Notes under the pieces: model-generated
The model's database searches: none
What the model was told of the DNA's origin: nothing
The model's input: the letters and a program-made list of their open reading frames with translations, nothing else
Shown here: positions 30,139 through 39,388 of the stretch, one piece after another
Layout: every line of letters starts with the position of its first letter
How positions within the stretch are numbered: the first letter of the stretch is position 1
Assembly: GCA_964503085.1 (NCBI GenBank)
Contig: CAZCYQ010000014.1
Span: 211-64,210, forward strand
Length of the DNA: 64,000 bases
Direction of reading: 5' to 3'
Source of the DNA: an uncultured Rhodothermaceae bacterium
Lineage (GTDB): Bacteria; Bacteroidota; Rhodothermia; Rhodothermales; Bin80
Position numbers and translations under genes: made by a program

Positions 30139-32015
30139 AGCATGCAATAATCGCCTTGGTGCTTTCGCTCGTATTTATAGCCTGCGAGCGGCAGTCGCCG
30201 AATCCGTATCAGAACCTGAGTGCTGACTACGTAGGCATAGACGCGTGTGCGGACTGTCACCCGGATAAAGCTGCCACATTTAAACAATCACAAATGGGGC
30301 GGTCCTGGGAGCTTGCCAGCCCGCTCAACAGCAAGGCTGATTTTGACAATCCCACGCCGGTTTATGATGATTTCAACGATCTCTATTACGAGGCCCTTAG
30401 GAAGGGAGAAGAACTATATGTGGTAGAGTACCGGTTGAGCGGAAGGGATACGGTTCACAAGCGGGTGGAGCAGATAGATTATATCGTAGGTAGCGGTCAT
30501 CACACGAATTCACATATAATGGATGTGAACGGATACCTGTACCAGATGCCCTTGACGTGGTATGTACAGGAGGGCAAATGGGATCTTCCGCCAGGTTTTA
30601 AGGGGCCGAATAATAACCGATTTGACCGCCCGATTCCACTCAAGTGCATTACTTGTCACAATGCCATGCCAGCGTACGTGGAGGGCTCGGAGAACAGGTA
30701 CGTTTCTGTTCCGCATGGTATTGACTGTGAGCGTTGTCATGGACCGGGTTCGCTGCACATCGAATCTGTGAGGAGTGGCAATGCTGTCAACACCCTTCTG
30801 GAGGCAGATTATACCATAGTGAACCCGGCCAGGTTGTCAGTTGAGCAACAGTTTGACATTTGCCAGGGATGCCATCTTCAAGGGGCTTCGGTTAACAAAC
30901 CTGGCCACACGTTTGCAGACTTCAGGCCGGGGATGCCGCTTTCGGACATTGAGAATGTATTCTGGCCGCGGTATGCAGACAGTTTACGTCAGTTCGTTAT
31001 GGCCTCTCACCCTGATCGGTTAAGCCAGAGTGCGTGTTTTCAGGCTTCGGAAACCATGACCTGTATCACCTGTCATGACCCGCATGTCCCGATCGAGGCT
31101 ATGGCAGAGGATCATTACCGGGATGTATGTCAGTCCTGTCATACTGAAAATGAAAGCAGTCTAGTTTGTCCAACACCAGAGGCCGCCGCAGGAGCGGACT
31201 GCACAAGTTGCCATATGCCCGTATCCGGCTCACAGGATATTCCACATATCACAATTACGGATCACTTTATTCGATCTCCCGGCTCTGACGTATCGGAGGT
31301 CGTTACTTCGAATGCCCAGGCGGATTTTGTGCGTATGGCGAGCTTGATAGATAAATCTCCAAGTGATGCTGAAATTGCCGCGGGATTCCTGACCTATTAC
31401 GAAACAATAACCAACGCTCCGGGCTTCCTAGATTCTGCAGCGGTATATCTGCGGCGTGCAGATCGAGCGGGAGAGAATGTGGATGAGCAATTGATCAGAA
31501 TGCACTTCCTGAAGGGTGAGGCGACCAGCGTGCTTCGTATTGCACGTAACATGGGGGAGAGTATATCTGATGCCTGGACGGCCTATCGTATTGGTGAGGC
31601 ATATTTGATGCAGCAGATGCCAGAATCGGCTGTTACGTATCTGGAGCAGGCGATGCAGCTCTCGCCAGAGCATTTACGTTTTATGGTTCGGCTTGGTGTT
31701 GCATATAGCAATGCCGGGCAGGTGTCCGCAGCGCTTGCCATTTTTGATGAAGCCCTGCAACGCAATCCCAAGCAGGCAGAGGTCTACAATAATCGTGGCT
31801 ACGCGCATGTGCTGAACAGAGATTTTGAGAGGGCCGAGGAGGACTTCAGGGCCGCAATCGCACTGGATCCGGATATCATCATGGCCATAGCAAACTTGGC
31901 CTCACTCTACTACAATACGGATCGTCTGGAAGAGGCACGCATTTATGCGCAGCGACTCATCCAAATTGACGGAGCTAATCCACAGTTCAGGCGCCTATGG
32001 GAGCTCGTTCGATAG
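30135..32015 (+). CDS. Multiheme c-type cytochrome (7 CXXCH) fused to TPR repeats, lipoprotein (paralog of the upstream gene)
   Basis: Lipobox 'LVFIAC'. CADCH, CITCH, CERCH, CQGCH, CITCH, CQSCH, CTSCH. Shares colinear blocks with the upstream gene ('LPLTWY', 'GI.CERCHGPGS.H', 'DY.IVNPARL'). ATGA start/stop overlap with the upstream gene. Confidence 0.85.
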   Translation: MKHAIIALVLSLVFIACERQSPNPYQNLSADYVGIDACADCHPDKAATFKQSQMGRSWELASPLNSKADFDNPTPVYDDFNDLYYEALRKGEELYVVEYRLSGRDTVHKRVEQIDYIVGSGHHTNSHIMDVNGYLYQMPLTWYVQEGKWDLPPGFKGPNNNRFDRPIPLKCITCHNAMPAYVEGSENRYVSVPHGIDCERCHGPGSLHIESVRSGNAVNTLLEADYTIVNPARLSVEQQFDICQGCHLQGASVNKPGHTFADFRPGMPLSDIENVFWPRYADSLRQFVMASHPDRLSQSACFQASETMTCITCHDPHVPIEAMAEDHYRDVCQSCHTENESSLVCPTPEAAAGADCTSCHMPVSGSQDIPHITITDHFIRSPGSDVSEVVTSNAQADFVRMASLIDKSPSDAEIAAGFLTYYETITNAPGFLDSAAVYLRRADRAGENVDEQLIRMHFLKGEATSVLRIARNMGESISDAWTAYRIGEAYLMQQMPESAVTYLEQAMQLSPEHLRFMVRLGVAYSNAGQVSAALAIFDEALQRNPKQAEVYNNRGYAHVLNRDFERAEEDFRAAIALDPDIIMAIANLASLYYNTDRLEEARIYAQRLIQIDGANPQFRRLWELVR

Positions 32016-34048
32016 CAGGGATCGTCTTATTGGGCATTCTCAGCTCTCCTGTTTTTGGGCAGGATACGACTGCCTTCTGTCTGACGCATGCGCATGGCCG
32101 TACGGGAGCTGTCTTACCTGTGATCGGCAAGGCAGGTGCTCGACCGATACATGAAAACGAGCCGGCAGGTATGCGAGGTGCAAACGACACCCCAGACAAG
32201 GCAGAGCCACTTGGCGTACTGGAGAGTTCAGGGGTTCAAATTACTGGAATGCTGTCGCCAGAGCCTCCCATTCTGTTTAGTGGTTCGGATGAGGAAGTAG
32301 TTGATGATGGAGCAATCCAGTTAGCTCTCGAGGTGCACCTGGTCAGTGGGACACGTGTACAGGTGCGGGGCGTCATTGGCGATGGTCTTCACGGTAGCCA
32401 GGGCGGAAACACCGGAGATTTTGACTTCTATCGAATGGGTGCGTTGCTTGCGGGACAGAGAATAACGATAGATGTTGACACCTCTCCTGCTTCTCCCGGA
32501 CTTAACAGCAAGGTAGCCCTCTATGATAGCACGGGTATGCGGCTGAATGCCAGCAAGAATGGTGGAGACGGTGATAGAAACAGCTATTTAGAGGTGGTTA
32601 TTCCGGTAGATGGGGTTTACTTCGCGGTTGTTCGCGGAACTAACTCCTGGTGGCCGGACGATCCTTTTGATCCTGCCTCAGGCCCAAAAGCAGGTAGCGA
32701 AGGTCCATATATTCTCACGCTTGGCGTAGATGCAGAAGATTTTGACTGGTATAGCTTGGACATGCAGGCAGGGGATGTATTGAGTGCAGCAGTTGAAGAC
32801 TCAGCCCGCCATCTGGTACTTGCGGATGCTCATGGCACGGTTCATTTAGCGTCAGACCTTGACCGCAGTGATCTATTACCCGTTACAAGTCCATTGCTTA
32901 AAGGAGGAAATGCGAACTTTGCGCTTATCATCGCTGAGACAGGGAGATATTATTTTCGTGTAGGTCATGGAGCCGGTGGTTACTCGGTGACATTAACCGC
33001 TCGTCGTGCGGGGCAGGAGCAGGGATCCACCCAACAGGTTTTATTTGTGGATTTTGATGGTGCTGATTTTGATGCGCAGTTTCTTGGGGGTCGTGCTGAT
33101 GCAAAGCTTTCCCCTTTGCGCAAATTTTTGGAGAATCAGGGTATTGCGCAGGACGAAGATCACATCATTGATCTCGCACTGGCTACATTCAAGGAAAATC
33201 TGGTTGATGACATACAGGACGCGTTGGCGGTCGATGTGTTTTTGGATATCCAGAACAGCAGAGATCACCCGGATTCCTGGGGTGCGTCTAACGTAAGTCG
33301 TGTGATTGTTGGTGGAAGCCGGAGTGAGCTGGGCCTAGAGACGATCGGCATTGCTGAAAGTGTGGATGTGGGCAACTTTGTCTTGAATGAAACCGCTGTT
33401 GTGCTCCTGGACCGAATTACTGACCCGCTATGGGAGCCCTCTTTTTCTGCGGTACAGCGTGCTCCGGGCGTTTCGATGGCCGACCTGCTCGGGTTGGCGC
33501 TGGGCAATATTATTGCTCATGAAGCGGGACATTTAATTGCCAGTTTTCATACCGGACACGCTGATTATCCCTGGCAGATCATGGATGCAAGTCCCGAAGC
33601 AGCGGGATTTCTGGGAGCGGGGCCGGACAAAATACTGGGCACGGAGGACGACCTGGATGTAGATTTGGGTGTATCTCCTTATTGGGAACTTGAGGGTTTT
33701 GTTGGCCTACAGGATTCCCGTACGGCGACATTTTACGGCCTAGGTGGTGCGTACGTAACGCAGTTGGTCTCACGGGTTTTTCCATTGGACGGAAGGATAG
33801 GCGCAGTATATCCAAACCCCTCCCATGACCGGGCTTGGTTACCTGTTACACTTGAACGTGCTGGGCCGCTGCAGCTTGAGTTCTATGATATGCTCGGTCG
33901 TCGTCAGGTGAGCGTGGGCCAGAGTGTGGTGCCACGGGGCCACTCGGACGTATTGCTTCCGGTGAATTTATTGGCACCGGGAACCTACTTGCTGCGTGCA
34001 AGGCTGAATTTTGGCACTATAGGGCGGAAGCTTGTTGTGCTTCGGTAG
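31997..34048 (+). CDS. T9SS-sorted secreted protein with metzincin-like Zn motif and PPC-like domains
   Basis: Signal peptide 'IVLLGILSSPVFGQ'. 'GDFDFYRM' and 'DFDWYSL' (pre-peptidase C-terminal-domain-like). 'HEAGHLIASFH' (H-E-x-x-H-x5-H). C-terminal 'VYPNPSHDRAWLPV...LEFYDMLGRRV...GTYLLRA' is T9SS type-A CTD-like. Overlaps the upstream stop by 19 nt. Confidence 0.7.
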   Translation: MGARSIAGIVLLGILSSPVFGQDTTAFCLTHAHGRTGAVLPVIGKAGARPIHENEPAGMRGANDTPDKAEPLGVLESSGVQITGMLSPEPPILFSGSDEEVVDDGAIQLALEVHLVSGTRVQVRGVIGDGLHGSQGGNTGDFDFYRMGALLAGQRITIDVDTSPASPGLNSKVALYDSTGMRLNASKNGGDGDRNSYLEVVIPVDGVYFAVVRGTNSWWPDDPFDPASGPKAGSEGPYILTLGVDAEDFDWYSLDMQAGDVLSAAVEDSARHLVLADAHGTVHLASDLDRSDLLPVTSPLLKGGNANFALIIAETGRYYFRVGHGAGGYSVTLTARRAGQEQGSTQQVLFVDFDGADFDAQFLGGRADAKLSPLRKFLENQGIAQDEDHIIDLALATFKENLVDDIQDALAVDVFLDIQNSRDHPDSWGASNVSRVIVGGSRSELGLETIGIAESVDVGNFVLNETAVVLLDRITDPLWEPSFSAVQRAPGVSMADLLGLALGNIIAHEAGHLIASFHTGHADYPWQIMDASPEAAGFLGAGPDKILGTEDDLDVDLGVSPYWELEGFVGLQDSRTATFYGLGGAYVTQLVSRVFPLDGRIGAVYPNPSHDRAWLPVTLERAGPLQLEFYDMLGRRQVSVGQSVVPRGHSDVLLPVNLLAPGTYLLRARLNFGTIGRKLVVLR

Positions 34049-34333
34049 CTGGATTCTTCGGTACTACCCCGGAAGACAGTTCCAGTACACAGCATGCTCT
34101 CAAGTTTGTTTGATTATCGCTAATCCTCTGGATTACAACTCGCCATAACCCCTTTGTGCTGCCCCATCCTCATTGCGCACGGACGGGCCCTGCAGTTCCT
34201 TCTGTACTACCGGAGGAATTGTGTTAGCCGAAGCCTCTTGGCGCAGGTTCACCGGAATCATGTAGAATTTACATCTCTCACCAAATCAAAAGCTGTATAT
34301 TGCCAACTCAATCCATCAAATCTCATTTTGAAG

Positions 34334-34837
34334 ATGCGAAACTCTACGTTGCTTATTGTAACGATCACACTCATCGCGTTGTCGGGTTCTTACGAGCAGG
34401 TTCGTGCACAGGCTAATTCATTCGACAGTTTCGGCTACACTTATACATTCGACAATTTTGGCTACAGTAGTCTTTCTGCCGCTCCTCTGAGTTTCAAGAG
34501 TACATCAATGCTAGGTATGACTAAGTCACGATCATTCCGGACACACAGTTCAAATAACACTGGCGTTAGTGTAGATTTTGTAATCATTGGCGAGATAGGT
34601 CTGAAAGAAACGTTGACAAGTGCAGATTTGGGCAATCATTTCAATGAAATGGTTTTGTCATCCTCGCGACCAAAACACACATGTGTATTGGCCAAGGGCT
34701 CGACTCCGTCTCAAAGAGCAGGCTTTGATGAATGCAGAGCCAATCTCCCGGATTGTGATAAGATGAGATGGGATGTGAGCGGAGAGGGTCACCGGATCCT
34801 CTCCTGCAAGTGTTACCGAATATTTAGCAGTTGTTAG
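34334..34837 (+). CDS. Hypothetical small secreted Cys-rich protein
   Basis: ATG at 34334 gives the signal peptide 'MRNSTLLIVTITLIALSGSYEQVRAQ'. Internal repeat 'FDSFGYTYTFDNFGYS'. 7 Cys in the C-terminal half. No homolog recognised. Confidence 0.35.
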   Translation: MRNSTLLIVTITLIALSGSYEQVRAQANSFDSFGYTYTFDNFGYSSLSAAPLSFKSTSMLGMTKSRSFRTHSSNNTGVSVDFVIIGEIGLKETLTSADLGNHFNEMVLSSSRPKHTCVLAKGSTPSQRAGFDECRANLPDCDKMRWDVSGEGHRILSCKCYRIFSSC

Positions 34838-35042
34838 TCTTCTCTCTGGTGCAATCCCTCTTTGGGATACAATCAGGAAAGATCGCTTCTGTTGTTCTGG
34901 AGGCGAGGGCAACAATCTTAAGGCGCAGGAGGCGCACTGGTCTGGAAGTCTCATAAAATTTGGTAATTCAAACGTCCGCCGGGGTCAATGAATCGTTCCC
35001 GCGGAATATGGATATCTCTGCAACAGTTTTGGTATTTTGCAG

Positions 35043-35060
35043 TTTTAGCCTAGCCTAAAA
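35043..35060. promoter_or_regulatory. Candidate metalloregulator operator (imperfect 9+9 inverted repeat) upstream of the metal ABC operon
   Basis: 'TTTTAGCCT|AGCCTAAAA'. The half-sites match 8/9 as an inverted repeat. Ends 12 nt before the ATG at 35073. Confidence 0.3.
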
Positions 35061-35072
35061 ATGTAGAATATC

Positions 35073-36017
35073 ATGCGTTTGGCTGCGCTAAGTATCATGG
35101 TGCTTGGTCTGCTGATGTCTTGCACTTCAGCGGAAGAGGAGATTCCTCCACTTGAAGATCGCGCGATCAGGGTTGTAGCAACCACGAGTATTGTTGCGGA
35201 TTTGGTACGTGCAGTTGGTGGGGCGGACGTAAGTGTCGAATCGTTGATGGGGCCGGGGGTTGATCCGCATCTATATAAGGCCAGTGCCCGCGATGTCAGT
35301 AAAATGGTTGACTCTGATATCGTGGTTTATAATGGTCTGCATCTTGAGGGTAAGATGGGGGATCTGTTTGAGGCGATGGCTGAACGGGGGAATCCGACCG
35401 TTGCAATAGCTGAGGTCAGTGTTCCCGATAGTTTATTGCGAGCGTCGGAGCTTTTTCAAGGCAATTATGATCCGCACATCTGGTTTGATGCTGAGCTGTG
35501 GGCTCGTGCTGCAAATGCACTTGCCAATGCCTTAGGGGCCCTGGACGCTACGCGTGAAGATACGTTTGCAGCGCGAGGAGATGCTTATGCGGACGAACTT
35601 CTGGCGGTACATGCTTACGTGCAGAAGAAAGCTGATAAGATACCAGAGGAGAAGCGAGTACTCATAACCTCTCACGATGCATTCGGTTACTTCGGGCGGG
35701 CGTATGGGTTTGAGGTTCGAGGGCTCCAGGGAATTTCCACCGCATCTGAAGCAGGTGCAGCAGATGTACAGAATCTGGCTGTACTTGTAACTAAACGGCG
35801 AATTCCGGCGATGTTCATCGAGTCATCCGTTTCCCCACGTGGTATAGAAGCCGTTCGGGAAGCGGTGAAGGCCAAGGGCTTTGATGTCAGTATCGGTGGC
35901 ACATTGTATGGGGATGCGCTGGGCGGACCATCCACACAGGCAGCCACGTATCTGGATATGATCCGCTACAATATTGATACGATCGTTGAGGCACTCTCGA
36001 ATGGCGAACGCAATTGA
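35073..36017 (+). CDS. Metal (Mn/Zn/Fe) ABC transporter substrate-binding lipoprotein, TroA/ZnuA/MntC cluster A-I
   Basis: Lipobox 'LLMSC'. Metal-ligand regions '[10 protein letters not shown]' and 'YDPHIWFD'. 314 aa. Confidence 0.9.
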   Translation: MRLAALSIMVLGLLMSCTSAEEEIPPLEDRAIRVVATTSIVADLVRAVGGADVSVESLMGPGVDPHLYKASARDVSKMVDSDIVVYNGLHLEGKMGDLFEAMAERGNPTVAIAEVSVPDSLLRASELFQGNYDPHIWFDAELWARAANALANALGALDATREDTFAARGDAYADELLAVHAYVQKKADKIPEEKRVLITSHDAFGYFGRAYGFEVRGLQGISTASEAGAADVQNLAVLVTKRRIPAMFIESSVSPRGIEAVREAVKAKGFDVSIGGTLYGDALGGPSTQAATYLDMIRYNIDTIVEALSNGERN

Positions 36018-36735
36018 AGTACGTGACCTTACGGTAGCCTATCGGGAAAGCCCGGTTTTGTGGGATATTGACCTGGACGTCCCCTCGGGTGCACTGATGG
36101 CCATTGTTGGTCCCAACGGTGCGGGCAAAACGACGCTGATACAAACGATTCTATCACTGGTCAAGCCAGCTGCCGGCCAAATTCGGGTCCTTGGTCAACC
36201 TTATCGAAGTGTAGCCTCTAGCGTGGGTTACGTTCCTCAGCGCGGGAGTGTGGATTGGGATTTTCCAACCAGTGCCATGGATGTTGTTATGATGGGGTTG
36301 TATGGTCGTCTTGGATGGGTTCGTCGACCAGGACGCAGTGAGCGTATGGAGGCGATGGCCGCACTTGATCAGGTAGGTATGGCTGAATTGGCCCATCGTC
36401 AGATTAGCCAATTGTCCGGTGGGCAGCAACAACGCGTATTTTTGGCGCGGGCTCTGGTGCAGGATGCTCGCATCTACCTCATGGATGAACCTCTGCAGGG
36501 TGTAGATGCAACAACAGAACGGACGATCATTGAGCTCCTCCGTACGCTGCAATCATTAGGCAAAACGGTCATGGTCGTACACCATGACCTGCAAACGGTA
36601 TCCTCCTACTTTGATGAAGTGCTGCTATTGAATGTGCGACGGATTGCGAGTGGACCTGTTTCGGAAGTATTCACAGAAGCCAATTTGAGACTTACCTACG
36701 GAGGCCGTGTTGCAATTATTAGGGGCGCAACGTAG
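36001..36735 (+). CDS. Metal ABC transporter ATP-binding protein (TroB/ZnuC/MntB-like)
   Basis: Walker A 'GPNGAGKTT', signature 'LSGGQQQR', Walker B 'IYLMDEP'. ATG at 36001 preferred. Confidence 0.9.
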   Translation: MANAIEVRDLTVAYRESPVLWDIDLDVPSGALMAIVGPNGAGKTTLIQTILSLVKPAAGQIRVLGQPYRSVASSVGYVPQRGSVDWDFPTSAMDVVMMGLYGRLGWVRRPGRSERMEAMAALDQVGMAELAHRQISQLSGGQQQRVFLARALVQDARIYLMDEPLQGVDATTERTIIELLRTLQSLGKTVMVVHHDLQTVSSYFDEVLLLNVRRIASGPVSEVFTEANLRLTYGGRVAIIRGAT

Positions 36736-36737
36736 CC

Positions 36738-37850
36738 ATGGAGCAATTACTTGGTGACTATACGTTTCGTACAGTTGCCCTTGGGACGGCAATATTAGGC
36801 GCCATAAGCGGTGCGTTAGGAGCCTTTGCTGTACTGCGACGGCAGAGTCTACTGGGTGATGCGGTATCACATGCCGCCTTGCCAGGCGTTGGTCTGGCCT
36901 TTATAATTACCGGCAGCAAAGCTCCGCTAATTCTGATGGTGGGTGCAGGGCTCGCAGGATGGCTTGCGACAGTCGTGGTTTTAGTCATAACCACAACGAC
37001 ACGGATCAAGTACGATGGTGCACTTGGTTTTGTACTGTCTGTGTTCTTTGGTATTGGCCTGGTTCTGCTCACATTCATTCAGAAATTTCCCGATGCAAGC
37101 CAAGCAGGGCTTGATTCATTTCTATTTGGCCAGGCTGCCGCACTCGTTGAGCAAGATGTGATTACCATAGCAGTTTTGGGTGGTTTGGCTTTGGTCGTTC
37201 TGGTCTTGTTCTGGAAAGAGTTCAAACTCCTATCCTTTGACCCTGAGTTTGCAAACAGCCTGGTATTGCCTGTGCGTCGGCTGGACCTTGGGCTGACTAC
37301 GTTGCTGGTCGTTGCTATTGTTATTGGACTGCAGACGGTTGGTGTGGTGCTCATGAGTGCAATGATCATTGCCCCCGCAGCAGCTGCACGTCAGTGGACA
37401 GATAACTTGGGAATCATGGTATTGATTTCGATGGTGATAGGGGCATTTTCTGGAGTGGGCGGTGCCCTCTTGAGCACGAGCACATCAAATCTGCCAACCG
37501 GCCCGACGATTGTCCTGTGTGCAAGCGGAGTTGTGTTGGTTTCTGTAATTATTGCTCCGCGTCGCGGACTGGTTTGGGAGCAGATCCGCCGAACGCTTCA
37601 GTCCCGAAGGCTTAGGAGCGAAGCCATTCTACTGGATCTCTTTGAACTGGCAAGGAAGCATGACAGTTTTGAGCATCCGCATATGGAAGCTGCTTTATTG
37701 GTAATGCATCCTGATGCGAGCACATTGCGTCGGCAGTTGCGCAGCCTACATTCCAAAGGGCTGATAAGTGTGCATTCAACCGGGGGCTGGGCATTAACAC
37801 AGGAAGGGGCGAATACATGCAAGGAACTCTTGGCCAAACGTATGCGATGA
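36738..37850 (+). CDS. Metal ABC transporter permease (ABC-3 family) fused to a C-terminal DtxR-like winged-helix domain
   Basis: ABC-3 polytopic core of about 280 aa. Tail 'ASTLRRQLRSLHSKGLISVHSTGGWALTQEGANTCKELLAKR' resembles the DtxR/MntR N-terminal wHTH. Confidence 0.85.
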   Translation: MEQLLGDYTFRTVALGTAILGAISGALGAFAVLRRQSLLGDAVSHAALPGVGLAFIITGSKAPLILMVGAGLAGWLATVVVLVITTTTRIKYDGALGFVLSVFFGIGLVLLTFIQKFPDASQAGLDSFLFGQAAALVEQDVITIAVLGGLALVVLVLFWKEFKLLSFDPEFANSLVLPVRRLDLGLTTLLVVAIVIGLQTVGVVLMSAMIIAPAAAARQWTDNLGIMVLISMVIGAFSGVGGALLSTSTSNLPTGPTIVLCASGVVLVSVIIAPRRGLVWEQIRRTLQSRRLRSEAILLDLFELARKHDSFEHPHMEAALLVMHPDASTLRRQLRSLHSKGLISVHSTGGWALTQEGANTCKELLAKRMR

Positions 37851-38959
37851 GCCCGATTCAGCTGGAAATTCAATTGGTCGCTGCCGTAGTTGCAGTTGCG
37901 TGTGCGCTTCCAGGTACTTTTCTTGTATTGCGGCGAATGGCTATGATGAGCGATGCCATCAGCCATGCAATCCTACCAGGTATCGTAGTTGGATTCTTCC
38001 TGACCGGCAACCTATCATCTCCAATTCTGATACTCGGTGGTGCAGCGACTGGGCTGCTTACGGTTGTGCTGGTTGAGTGGATGCGAAAGACCAAACGTGT
38101 GCGCGAAGATGCTGCGATTGGGTTGGTTTTTTCGGCACTCTTCGCGGCTGGAGTAATTCTGATTGCCCGCTATGCAGGCGATGTGCACCTAGACACAGAT
38201 GCCGTGCTCCTGGGGGAGTTGGCCTTTGCACCATTTGACCGCTTGCAAATTGCAGGGTACGATCTGGGTCCCCAATCCCTGTATTCCACCGGTTTGGTTG
38301 GACTGCTGTGTGCAACCTTCATAATGCTATTCTACAAGGAACTTAAGTTGGCCACGTTTGACAGCGCGCTCTGTGCCACACTGGGTTTTCTGCCGGGGTT
38401 GCTGCACTATGCACTCATGGGATTAGTATCCATGACAGCGGTCGCCGCATTTGATGCGGTCGGATCTATTTTGGTAGTGGCACTTATGGTCGGACCTCCC
38501 ATCAGTGCATACTTGCTGACCAATCGACTTGATCGTATGATCCTGTATAGTATCCTCTTGGCGGTTACTGCCGCCGTTTCGGGATACTGGGTTGCACACC
38601 TGTTTGATGCTTCAATTGCAGGATGTATGGTCGCGATAGTGGGTGTCCAGTTCGGGATCCTGCTTTGCGTAGCCCCCAATCAGGGGCTACTGGCTGCATG
38701 GCAGCGCAGAAAACGTCAAAGATGGCAGTTTGCAATCAAGATGCTTGTGATTCATTTGCTACAACATGAGGGCACACCTGAAGCTGAGCGGGAATGTCGG
38801 GTCGATCATCTTCAAGACCATATGGCTTGGGAAAAACCCTTTGCCGAGAATGTAGTCTCTCGGGCAGCCGCACAGAGATTATTGCATTTGGTCGGAGAGT
38901 CCCTGGAGTTGACGGCAACGGGGCGTGAATTGGCGCGCGATGCAATCGTACACCGCTGA
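37847..38959 (+). CDS. Metal ABC transporter permease (ABC-3 family) fused to a C-terminal DtxR-like winged-helix-like tail
   Basis: ATGA overlap with the upstream permease (ATG at 37847). ABC-3 core, then 'NVVSRAAAQRLLHLVGESLELTATGRELARDAIV'. Confidence 0.85.
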   Translation: MSPIQLEIQLVAAVVAVACALPGTFLVLRRMAMMSDAISHAILPGIVVGFFLTGNLSSPILILGGAATGLLTVVLVEWMRKTKRVREDAAIGLVFSALFAAGVILIARYAGDVHLDTDAVLLGELAFAPFDRLQIAGYDLGPQSLYSTGLVGLLCATFIMLFYKELKLATFDSALCATLGFLPGLLHYALMGLVSMTAVAAFDAVGSILVVALMVGPPISAYLLTNRLDRMILYSILLAVTAAVSGYWVAHLFDASIAGCMVAIVGVQFGILLCVAPNQGLLAAWQRRKRQRWQFAIKMLVIHLLQHEGTPEAERECRVDHLQDHMAWEKPFAENVVSRAAAQRLLHLVGESLELTATGRELARDAIVHR

Positions 38960-39388
38960 GAAAATCTGGAAAGAATTGGCCGGAAAGTCACGCGCAAGAC
39001 TCAACGCAGGGCTTGCAGGCCTTTGTTTATTTGGCGACGCCTCACCAATTATAGTGGGAGCTACTGAAAAATCAGACACTTCACTGGAGATCAAGATCAC
39101 CCCGCAAAGCTTAATCCAGTGTGCGAAAAACGAGTTAGTTGGAGTTCCCCTGAACAGAAGGTTCGTTTTCACTATACATCGCCATAAGATTGAATTCTGA
39201 AATGCAAGGCGTGATCGCCCCCTTTTCTTGGGAGCGTGAGCCAAAAGCGGTGCGATGATCGCTATCCATTTTGCTGTCGGAGGTCCCTAGCAATTACGGT
39301 GTCTCGACCAGACAGGTGCATGTATCCACCACCGCGCGGGAGGGCATGTCAAGTGATCCCAGCGTTGAACCTGCCCACCGAGTGCCTA

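Noticed and set aside
34071-34218. Short repeated motif 'gtactacc(c)cgga' at about 34073 and about 34205, downstream of the T9SS gene
   Set aside because: Only an 8-mer plus a few bases is shared, which is within chance expectation for this span. The first copy is part of a weak bulged hairpin after the stop codon.
38879-39244. 121-aa minus-strand ORF (and the 91-aa plus-strand ORF 38925-39200) just after the metal transporter
   Set aside because: It overlaps the 3' end of the second permease gene, has no recognisable motif, and lies in a region with demonstrable gene decay. There is insufficient support to call it a CDS.
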